NCBI GenBank assembly: GCA_048013815.1
Contig: CM106585.1
Span: forward strand, 11,160,001-11,224,000
Source: Setoptus koraiensis
Taxonomy: Eukaryota > Animalia > Arthropoda
Direction: 5' to 3'
DNA length: 64,000 nucleotides
Numbering within the stretch: position 1 is the stretch's first letter; each line of letters starts with the position of its first letter. The translations under genes were made by a program, and so were the position numbers. Positions 46,701 to 56,000 of this stretch are shown piece after piece. The notes below the pieces were generated by a model. That model saw only the letters and a list, made by a program, of their open reading frames with translations. It was not told the origin of the DNA and made no database searches.

Positions 46701-49700
46701 AATCGCCTGCGCATCTCGGCGCGCCGGAAATCGCCTGTGCATCTCGGCGCGCAAGCCGTTTCCGCGCCACACTAATATTACTATTATATTACTATTATGC
46801 ACGACCCGAGCTATAGGTCGGGTGCTCGCCGATAGGCGCGCCCGATGACAGCTCTCCACTCATTGGATGGGCTCCCTCCGACGGGCTCACAAATTGCGGC
46901 TCACGATCGCTGTCCGGCCGGCAATCGCGCCGCTCCATATAATGAATGGGGCACAGCTCGCTGTGAGCGATGCCCCATTCATTATTATTTGTTGTCGACT
47001 TTTTATTGATATCTGTTTTTGATCATAGGCAGCATCATTGATCAACGCCAGGTATTTATGCAAATTTGCACATGTCCCACCGATGTGTCGCCATAGGTGT
47101 ACCGGCCCGTTGGTGGCGCTGGTCGGTACGACACCAAAACGATATTAAAACGATACCGAAACGTTGCTCGTTGTAAAATGAAAATGCGGCACAGCGAGCA
47201 GTCTGCGCCGCTCAATCATTTGCGCTGCGCTGCCAAGCCGGCGAAAGTCGCAGGACTTTTGGCCTGAAAGTCCTGCGACTTTCGCCAATGGCTGGCACAA
47301 CGAGGCGAGCAAAAAACAGCAAGCAAAACGCGCGTCTTGCTCGCAAGTCGCGCTGAAGGTGATATATGGCCAATTAATAATTTATTATAATACAACATAT
47401 TGTGCCGAGAATGAGTCACGAGCAGACGAGCGACCAGGGCCGCTAATTCACCATGCTGGCCGATGGACGACGCCAATGGAGAAGACGCCCGACGCCAACG
47501 GCCGCGCCACACAGAGAGATGGGCGACTTCTTGGCCGGCCCGTCGGTCGGCCGGCAACCAAATTGGCCCGACGCTGGCCCGACGCTGGCCCGACGCTGGC
47601 CCGACGCTGGCCCGACGACCACCTATGGGCACCCCGTTGGCGCGCGTGCTCGTTAGGCGGCCGTAATTGAGATATTGGCCCGCGATTGTCGGGCCCGGGA
47701 CAGCGGCGGGAGCCCAGTGTGCGCCAGTTTAATCGATTAGCGTCTGACGGTGCCAGCGTGAATCGGCCGGCCGGCCCGCCTGACATCTAAATCAGGTCTG
47801 AATCCGGCCCGTTGGCGGCCATAACAATGGGCTTCTTGGTGGTCGCTTTGTGTGCGCGTGTTTGCACGCTCGTCCGCTGTTTGCACGTGCTGAGTGCCTC
47901 AGTGACAGGGCGAGCGGCGCCCTGCGATCGCCAACTGGCACCAACTGATTGTTTGCTCCAATTGTTTGCCTTGCTCGCCATTGTGAGCCGCGCATCGTTT
48001 GGGCGAGTTGGGCCGGCGCGGCCGGCGCGGGCAGCGCGGATAACGCGAATGATGCTGACTACGCGGACACTGCGGGCAGCGCGAACAATTCGAGGGCAAA
48101 CTGCGCCAACTCGGCCGAAGGAACGCGCCGGCGAGCCGGCGCTGCCGCGACGTGTGCGGGCCGCCGCAGCGCCGACGATTCAATTTGGCCGAATTGCGGC
48201 CGAATTGTGGCCGAAATTGGCCGGCGCTGGCCGGAGTGCGAGAGTCGGGCGAAACAATTTCATCGTGTGCCAATATTATCATATCGGTCGACTGTGCGCT
48301 GGCGTCTGGCGCTGATGGCGCTTGCAAGACAAATAACGGCTCTTAAAGATGGCACCCAACAAAGAAGCGAAAATATTTGTTTGGCAAACACTGTGCTGTC
48401 AGCGGACGGCCACTGAGACCGTTCAAAGTCGCAGCCATTCTGCTCAACTTGGCCGCCATAATGGCCAAACCGACGCGCGCCGATCGGCCAAAATAACTGT
48501 CGATCGGCCAAATAACCAAATAACTGTTGATCGAGCTGAGCTTGACCACTCGGCCCGTGACAGTTGAGCGACCGGCACCCAAGCGGCCGCAAATGTTTGC
48601 ACTGGCATTGGATGAGAGCGCACACCAAAGCCGATATATTGCGGCCGATGTGCGCCAGCGCCAAGCGGGATTTTGCGCTGGCCGCTCGCTATGCTGGCCG
48701 TTTGCTGCTTGCTGACCGTTTGCTGCTTGCTGGCCGCTTGCTGCTGGGTGGTGCGCGCGGCGTCGCTGGTGGCCAGCCGGCATCCCGATGCGCCCGATGC
48801 GCCCATGTCCCGCGCCTTGCGTCGGGCCGAGCGACCGAGCCGGGCGGTCGGGCCTGTTGACATGTCCGAGTTACAACGGAGCCAGCACCGGCCAACAGAG
48901 AATGCGAGAATTTGCAACGGCACAAACGCGGCCGCGACAGTCGGAGCGGTGCAACCGCAACCCGGCAGCGGTTCCGCTGTGGCGCCCGTCGCCGGCGAAC
49001 CCTTCCTCGGCGCGAAAGAATTCTCGTCCTTCTATTCGGCTTGTCATGTCACGCTCAAACGCTTTGTACTTTTGTGGCAGCTTTATGATGCCCACAGAAC
49101 GCGGGCTGCTGCTGCCAGCGCCAGCCAATCTTAATCCGCCGTTGCAAGTCGCTTGAACCCGATGGGCGCTCCTCTCGAAAATATGCCGCTGGCACACAAT
49201 TTACAACTCGCCTGCCCAGACAAGCCCCGCAACAACCGACTCAACAACCGACAAACTAATGCCGGGGTGCCACGTGGTGCCAGCCAGCAGCAACGACAGC
49301 GCCAACGACAACAAAAACAACAGCAACAACAACAGCAACAACAACAGCAACAACACCAGCAACGACAGCAACAGCAACGACAACAACAGCGACAGCAACA
49401 ACAACAGCGACAGCGACAATTGTCAATTAACGACGACTGACCAGACGGGCGCTTGCACTCCATTAGCCATGAGAACGGCAGCGCCCGGCGTGTCAGACGC
49501 AGCGACCAAACAAACGACGATGACAGCTACTAATGGCAGTTGTAAACTAGTGCCCAACTCAAACAAACCGCCCGTCCATTCACGGGCCGCACCCTGCGCC
49601 TCCGCCAGCGCCGGGCCGGCCGCTCACACCGAGTCGCGCGCACTCAAACTAAGTCGGGCGCACTCAACCCGGCCCGGCCCGAGCCGCGCCGCCGTGACTA

Positions 49701-50995
49701 CTGGCGCAGACAGCTGAGCAGCCGTCTGAGGCTGTCTTGTCGCAAGCTGCAACAAGTGGCCAGTTTGTTAGGGCGCAACAAGTGGCCAGAGCGGTAACGT
49801 TGCCGCTGTCCGCCCGCCACAGACACTGTAGCGGCGGCCCGTGACAAACTGTTGCTCGCTGCGCGCCGATCGCCACGATAAAGCTCGTTTCGTCCGATCG
49901 AAGCGGCCGGCCGCAAGCTGCTTCGTGGGCCGGCCGCGAGCCGTTTCATGGCACCGGCAACAGCGACAACAACTCGCACAAACGTCAACAAACCATCAGA
50001 AACAATCTCTGGCGTGTCGGTGATATATGGGCTCATGTCCGACAGCAAAATAGCACAAACAGCGCGCACGAGCTTGCTTTTGGTCGAGTGATGACTCAAT
50101 CAACTGAGTGCCGGTTGGAGAGTTCTCTCGCCATTCGCGAGACAGCATAAATGATAATGGCTCTCGTTAATTAAGAGGCGAAACTGGAGCGAACAGCCAT
50201 AGATCGCTGGCGCGGATAAGAGTGGCTCGCCGGCACGCTCCAGCAGTCGATGTGATACAAACTTTCGATTGTATCAATGGCGAGCAACAGCGACCGCCAG
50301 ATCGGTGCCGGTGTTGGCGTTTCGATGTCGTTGTCCAGGCCGAAACTGCCGATCGAAGCGAGCCAATGTTGTCGAGGGCGCCCCTGGCGGCCAGAAAAAC
50401 TAAACCTACAAATTAAACCGAACCTGCAAATTAAACCAAACCTCTCCCTCTCCGTCCCCGTCTCCCCGGCTGAATTGTGGCTCGCATGTCTGCCCGAACT
50501 GACCATCGCCGCGCACTGGACCGGCCGCGGCCGGATGCAACGGACCGAACCGCGATGGAATGCGACGCAACGGGACGAAATGGAATGGAATGGCCACCGC
50601 AACCCAAACGAAATGGCAACCGCACTGCGAATGGAACGGCCGGCGTCTCGTCGCGCCCGCAGAGGTATTTGCGCGACGAGGCCCGCGTGCAAAACCTGAA
50701 GCGCGAAACGAGTTGCTGCTCGATATTGTCCATCATATACAACAAGGCAACCACCACGGTGCACAAATACGAGGCCAAAGTCACGCTGGACGAAGTGATA
50801 TCGGTCATTGGGGGCAACATAGAGGCCTGGGTGGGTCTGTCGGCCATGCATTTGTTCGTGTTCCTGGACAGACTAGTGACGGAAATGGTCGACTGCGGCC
50901 TCGTCGAGTCGCCGCTGGTCTACATGAGGCGCCTCAGGGATAATTTAGTGCGCTTGTTCAGCGGGCCGGCAAGTCGCTCGAGCGCCACCGCGTGA
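24726..50995 (+). CDS. DEG/ENaC (pickpocket-like, amiloride-sensitive sodium channel family) subunit, about 778 aa; exons 24726-26127, 26324-26574, 38247-38448, 40841-40931, 41424-41481, 50663-50995
   Basis: Family signatures appear in order: TM1 ending EYYNYPT; PAITICNNN; RLPYPYESNC; CLRSC...CGCLP...C; C...CHESCLHEC; WPS; Y...KVTLDEVISVIGGN...VGLS (TM2). All five introns are GT-AG and phase compatible (1,0,1,2,0); the summed 2337 nt is divisible by 3. The 5' end is less certain (possible acceptor at 24740). Confidence 0.88.
26324..26574 (+). CDS. DEG/ENaC gene exon 2
   Basis: CGCAG|AC TAC CAG CGA CTG CCG TAC CCG TAC (YQRLPYPYESNC); donor CGG|GTAAGT. Confidence 0.88.
27261..27360. promoter_or_regulatory. 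Tandem array of YY1/Pho-like (ATAATGGCGGC) and GAGA-factor-like (GAGAG) motifs; candidate Polycomb response element
   Basis: 14-bp CGGATAATGGCGGC x3, then 21-bp CGGATAGTCGAGAGACGGCG(C/G) x2, then CGGATAATGGCG. The functional call is inference. Confidence 0.4.
30524..30594. repeat. 12-bp tandem repeat (GGGCAAAAAGTC), about 6 degenerate copies
   Basis: Direct reading. Confidence 0.85.
30631..30700. repeat. 16-bp tandem repeat (GCCGGCAGCCCGACAC) x 4
   Basis: Direct reading. Confidence 0.9.
32819..32912. repeat. (CA)n microsatellite, more than 40 units
   Basis: Direct reading. Other (CA/TG)n tracts lie near 29387-29433, 36229-36253, 36928-36953 and 43640-43727. Confidence 0.98.
33723..33806. 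repeat. 21-bp minisatellite (ATAACAACAGCTGATATAATC) x 4
   Basis: Copies at 33723, 33744, 33765 and 33786. Confidence 0.92.
35990..36075. repeat. (GCTGTT)n hexanucleotide microsatellite, about 12 units
   Basis: Direct reading. Confidence 0.95.
38247..38448 (+). CDS. DEG/ENaC gene exon 3 (thumb cysteines)
   Basis: GAGCAG|ATC GAG TGT CTG AGA TCG TGC (IECLRSCFGEQQAKHCGCLP...LRWC); donor CCAG|GTGAGT. Confidence 0.85.
38949..38998. repeat. 50-bp near-perfect palindrome built from GTTGACA/GTTGTCA units
   Basis: CCAGTTGACAGTTGTCAGTTGTCAGCTGACAACTGTCAACTGTCAACTGG equals its reverse complement except for one mismatched pair. Confidence 0.9.
40841..40931 (+). CDS. DEG/ENaC gene exon 4
   Basis: GCTAAC...GCCAG|CG AAC GGA (NGTALTTSECMILRKTFIKYCHESCLHEC); donor TGCAG|GTAATT. 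Confidence 0.8.
41424..41481 (+). CDS. DEG/ENaC gene exon 5 (WPS motif)
   Basis: TCTAG|G GCG TCC AAG (ASKFDVVAYHRPWPSVEAM); donor ATG|GTGAGT. Its phases bridge exons 4 and 6 exactly. Confidence 0.8.
43813..43904. repeat. 23-bp minisatellite (GTTCGAAGCGTTCGCAGTTGGCA) x 3 plus a partial copy
   Basis: Copies at 43813, 43836 and 43859. Confidence 0.92.
45533..45640. repeat. 12-bp minisatellite (GCATATTCGCT[G/C]) x 9
   Basis: Five G-variant copies, then C-variant copies. Confidence 0.95.
46939..46985. other. Hairpin: 15-bp perfect inverted repeat plus a 4-bp inner stem
   Basis: ATAATGAATGGGGCA / TGCCCCATTCATTAT with an inner GCTC/GAGC. Confidence 0.85.
47231..47297. other. Pre-miRNA-sized hairpin: 20-bp perfect stem, 7-nt loop, extended imperfect base
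   Basis: GGCGAAAGTCGCAGGACTTT (47240-47259) / AAAGTCCTGCGACTTTCGCC (47267-47286), flanked by TGCCAAGCC / GGCTGGCA. Confidence 0.85.
47565..47617. repeat. 11-bp tandem repeat (GGCCCGACGCT), about 5 copies
   Basis: Direct reading. Confidence 0.92.
50663..50995 (+). CDS. DEG/ENaC gene exon 6 (TM2 and C-terminus)
   Basis: CCCGCAG|AGG TAT (RYLRDEAR...SILSIIYNK...YEAKVTLDEVISVIGGNIEAWVGLSAMHLFVFLD); TGA at 50993. Confidence 0.88.
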   Translation, partial: RYLRDEARVQNLKRETSCCSILSIIYNKATTTVHKYEAKVTLDEVISVIGGNIEAWVGLSAMHLFVFLDRLVTEMVDCGLVESPLVYMRRLRDNLVRLFSGPASRSSATA

Positions 50996-52656
50996 CTGGT
51001 CGGGCCGTCGGGCTGTCGGGCCGGCCGGCCGGCGTCCATTTGCCGGCTGGCCGGCCAGCCAGCGATGGACGGTTGGCTGGCCGGCCGGCAAATGGAGAAA
51101 GCGAAATGCGCAATGGAAAATGGGACGTCGAAATAACAGATATAATTATAATTGCGTTATCATGTCAGTGTAACACTGCCAAATGATGGCATCACTTGCG
51201 AGCGTAGCAATGAATAAACTTTGCCTGTTGTTGCTTTATTATATATAAAAATAAATAGTTGGCCCGCGAGCCAACAGAGCCGACAGACGATAAATTGCAT
51301 TGGCGCTGCCGTCGGTGTTGTTGTCGGTGGTGCGGTTGTCGGTGTTGGCGTTGCTGTCGTAATGGACGCGGCAACCACTTGCTGGCTGAAAAGTGGCGCT
51401 TGCGGTGATTGGGCAAGCATGAGAAAAGTGATTAGTGGCGCATGTGAGGCGCCGAATGGTTGAGAAGGAATGCGCTCGCTGCGTCCGACAACAACAGCAA
51501 CGACAACATCAGCAGCATCAACAGCATCAACAGCATCAACAGCGTCAACAGCGACAGCAACAGCAACGACAGCAACGACAGCAACAACAGCAACAACAAC
51601 AACGTCAACAGCGACTAGCAGCGATTGTGCAATAATGTCGCTGCTTTGGCGCTGCCAGCCGAACGGGCAATTTTAAATTTGCAACTGACCATTTGCGCGG
51701 CGCTGGCCGCAAACTGGCGTTTGTAAGCCAGCGGCCAATGACGTAACACTTGACTTGAGCCAACTGGACTGGCCAGCACAACAACAACAACAACAACAAC
51801 AAACGAGCGATGGATATAAACAAGCAACAGTGGATATAAACAAGACGCGTAACCGATATTGCCAGTTACAAGCGAGTTGGTTGTTGTGTCCAGTATAGTA
51901 GCGAGTTAGTTGTTGTGTCCAGTGTAGTAGCGAGTGGCCAGCAACGAGGGGCGCCCCACTCGCTGTTGTTTGGCAGCCCCGGCAGCTGGACTGTGTTGTC
52001 CGTGGCAACCAGCACGAGGGGGCCATTTGAGAAGGCGGCCATAAATCTCTGCTGCGGCAATGTGAGCGGCCGCAATGGCCGCTCACATTGCCGCTCGCCC
52101 TTCGGACCTGGCGGCCAGGCGGCCCGCACACTCGCATTGTGAGCGGTCACATTTGGCCAGTCACAATGCTGGACGGTTGTTGGCCGGCCTGTGCAAGTGG
52201 GCGCTTGTTGTTGGCCCACTAATAAAGTCATCAGCGCACCACTAATAAAGACATTAACTCCCATTGGTCTCCCATAGAGGCTGCTCGGTCGGTCACGCTC
52301 GTCATGGCGCTGCCCGTCACCGGGCCACCTCTGGTCGGAGCGGCCGCTCCGACCAGAGGTGGCCCGAGTGTTCGGAGTGGCCCGAGCGCTGAGCGGGCCG
52401 ACGAGCCTGACGGGAGCAGAGGGTGACGCTGCTGCCAAATGCGACGCTGCCAGATTGGAGGCAAACAACGAGATGAGGCGAGCAAATGGCAGCGCAAAAT
52501 AACAGCCACAAGATAATATAATGATAATAATTGGCGCTCCACAAACATGTGTGTGCCGCGGCGAGCAACAATTGGTTGTTGCAATTGGCTAAAATTGTTG
52601 TTTGCCGTCGCTTGTTTGCCGTGGTTGCTGCCGTTGTTGTTGTCGTGTTGTTGCCG

Positions 52657-52700
<44 letters not shown>

Positions 52701-52967
52701 GCTGTTGCTGTTGCCATTGCCGTTGTTGTTGTTGTGGCCGTTGTTGTTGGTCAGCAACAACAGCTACAGCGGCCATTACCACCATCCGTGGCGGGCGCTT
52801 CCTCTGCCGCGGAGCCGGTTGCATCTTCGCGTTGGCAGGCATGCCCGACGTGCGCCCCGGCCAGCGCCGGCCAGCCCCGTCTTTCGACCTCTTTTCTGGG
52901 CCGGCGCAAATCGTGAGCGCGATTCGCCTTGCGACTCGCCACTCATTCCTGTCCATTCGAGCCTCTC

Positions 52968-53051
52968 GAACGTTCCGAAGCAACTGGCCGCTTCGAACGT
53001 TCCGAAGCAACTCGCCTTTTGGACGTTCCGAAGCAACTCGCCGCTTCGAAC
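52968..53051. repeat. About 27-bp minisatellite (GAACGTTCCGAAGCAACTCGCCGCTTC) x 3
   Basis: Copies at 52968, 52995 and 53021. Confidence 0.88.
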
Positions 53052-56000
53052 GGTATCTGGTCGAGTGTCGGCACTCATATAGTTCACATACATACGGTCA
53101 TACATATAGTTTGGCCAGTGGCCGCAGCGCCGGTCGCGTCCATCGCACGACTCTCGCTGGCCGGACACCAATTTAACACGCCGGCCAGCCAGGCCTGTCA
53201 TTAGGGCCAATCTTATCTCTCGGCGGCGATCGCACAATCTCACCAACTGCTCACCAACTGCTCACATTTCTCTCGCGTCTCTCATTTTTCTCGTCGCGCA
53301 TCTCGGCGCTGCCCGCTGTTGTTGCTGCTGTCGCTGTTGTTGCTGTTGCGTCGTTTGTGCGGCATAGATCACAACTCGGCGGCGAGCCAATTGCAACGGA
53401 CAGCGGCCGACGTGAGACGGACAGTGTCAGTTTTGAGCCGGCCCGCTCAACGGCCCCCAGTTGGACGCCTATCGGCTCAATAAGCAAAATGTCGCATTGT
53501 CCAGCGTTGTGCGATATGCCGAAATCGGTTGCCATCAGTGCCTAGTGGCCAATCATCGATCTGTAATTAACCGTTGGGGGCCGCTCGAATCCGGTGCGCT
53601 CGGCCTCGGCAGTGCCGAGTCGGCACACAGGCGCAGGGACACAGAGGCCGTTGGCTCACGATGGCCGGTCGCTCGCGATTGCCGGCCTCTTGGCCCAAGA
53701 GTTTTGGGGCGCTCGGTGCCCCCAACAGCCGGTTGTCGGCACACCGCTGGCCGCGCCGAGCGTGCATGTGCACAGGCACAGTGAGCGTGTTTTGTGACAA
53801 TCGGCACAGTTGCAAATAATAATTCCAGAGTAATTCTGGCAGAATTGTCTCTAGAAAGTTTCGAGGCGAAACTTTCGAGCCAAAAGGCGGCTCTGAGCAA
53901 GGGGCAGTTCTGAGCAACAGGCTGCACAGGGCCGGCACAATGCGCACATGAGTGGCAGGACAATGCGCTGCAATCTGCAGGACGAGCGTGTCCAGCGGAG
54001 CGGGGGGGGCGGGCGCTGTTGTGTGTGTGGCTCACTCACAACAGCGCAGTCAGTGTGGCTCAACAGTGACTGTGTTGTCAGTGTGTGGAAATTGTTTTGT
54101 GCACTCCACTGGCATCAACTGTGCTGACCACTGCACCGCTGCACCACTGCACCACTGCACCACTGCACCACCGCACCACTGCACCACAACAACTGCTGCC
54201 TGCATCATACTATAGTGCAGGCTGCCAGGAGGACGGAGCCGACAGGCTGATGGAGATGTTACCTGATAATAGACAGCGAGAGATAATTGAGATCTTGTGT
54301 GTGTCCATTTGGCCGTTCGCTTGTTTGCGCGGCCACAGGCTGGCCGCTTGCTGTTGGGCAGTGTTTGCAGTGACCACTGATGATGGTATCTCATGGTTCG
54401 CGTCGGCAACGCGGTGCGGGCCACGGCCAGCGGCTGGTCGCCTCGGCCCATGGAGCCGGCACGCACTGAGCGCCACGGTGACGGCCCGACCGACGGCCAT
54501 TGTGATGCCCAATGGCGCTGATGGTGATATCTCACGAGAGAACGCCAATGGCCAATTTTCGCCCAACGAGCAACAAACAAACACACACACACACACACAC
54601 ACACACGCTAATAAACTCATAATTTTGGGTGCCAAACGATGTCTGTTTGTAGCGAGTCAGTAGCGTTGTGTTTGCATGCCATCGGTTGCCGCCATGCGCG
54701 CTGGGTGCCGCGCTGACCGTGGGCCTTGTCCGAAGGGCGCCAGCGGCCCGGTCATGATTGAGCCGCTCGCAGCGTCCAGCGGCGTCCAACAGGTTGCTGT
54801 GTTTGCGTGCGCCAACTGGCGCTGGCCAGTCCGGCGACGGCCGCTCGGACGGCCGCTCGGACAGCCGCGGCCGATGCAGCCCGCTGATGCAGCCCGCCGA
54901 TGCAGCCTGCCGATGCAGCGCACCGTCAGCGTGGATGCGGCCTGTATCATACAGGCTGTGTGCAACGAAAGAAGTAGCAACTTGTTGCACGTTGCTGCCC
55001 AGGCGACCGGCGCACCGCCGACCGCTGCACCGCGCACCGCTGCACCGACAACTGGGCCGACATGTCAGGCGATCAGATATGCGCTTCAATATAATGCCAT
55101 GGTATGCACAAGGCCGGTGCGCATGATGCGTACGAATGTGTTTGCGAACATGTCCGAATTCGAATGCGAGTGCGAATGCATGTTCGAATGGCGAATGCAT
55201 GTTCGAAAGCGCTCGCATTCGAACAGTGTGCGCATGTGAACACAACGGCCGGCAGCGCAAGATCGATGGGTGCACGCGATGATAAATCATGGCTCGGGGT
55301 GCCAGCGCTGACAAACACCGGCCAGCAGCCAGCTAATAGAGACATCAAGGTTGGCATCACTTTCCCACTGATCTGTTTCTGGCTGGCTGGCACCATTGTC
55401 TCGCGCTGCAGCGTCGCCCATGAGTCACGCACCGGCTCTTGCACCTGGTCTCACCTGTTGCGTTGGCCACTCTCACCGACTGACCGTTCCACTGACCGGC
55501 GGACCGCGCCCCCGGGGGCTGTCGAGTCCACTATGAGTCGACAGTGTCGACTGGCGCGCCAGTTGGCCGCGGGGTGGCGCTCGCCGGCGTACACAACGCA
55601 CTGCAACAGAGCTAACGGACTTGCAACTGGACAGCGGTGGCTGCGAGCTGCCGCTCGGTGCACGTCGCCGCGCAACGGCGCAAGCCGGCCGGCCCGGTGC
55701 AGCATGGGAGCCCTCCTGTTGATAAGTTATCGCGCACCGTCAGCCTGACAGTGTGAGGGCACACACAAGGTGCACCATCGAAGGCGCACCATCGAAGGTG
55801 CAACACAGGCCTGCGAGCGGCTGTGTTGCCCGAGCGCATTCGTTCGGCGCAAGAGTGCAGACGGCCAGGAATGTTTGTCATGGCATTCTTGGGCTCATTA
55901 AACTGACCATTCGTGTGTCACTGCGACCGCGGCAGCACCATCGTGCGCCAGTATCATGCGCCGGCGACATCGCCAGCCGTGTTGTATGTCACTTCTTCTC

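Noticed and set aside
46540-46775. Candidate extra ENaC exon (TTGTCAG|ATTATCTCTGT, DYLCRDP...)
   Set aside because: No family motif, and exons at 40841 and 41424 already complete the channel with matching phases.
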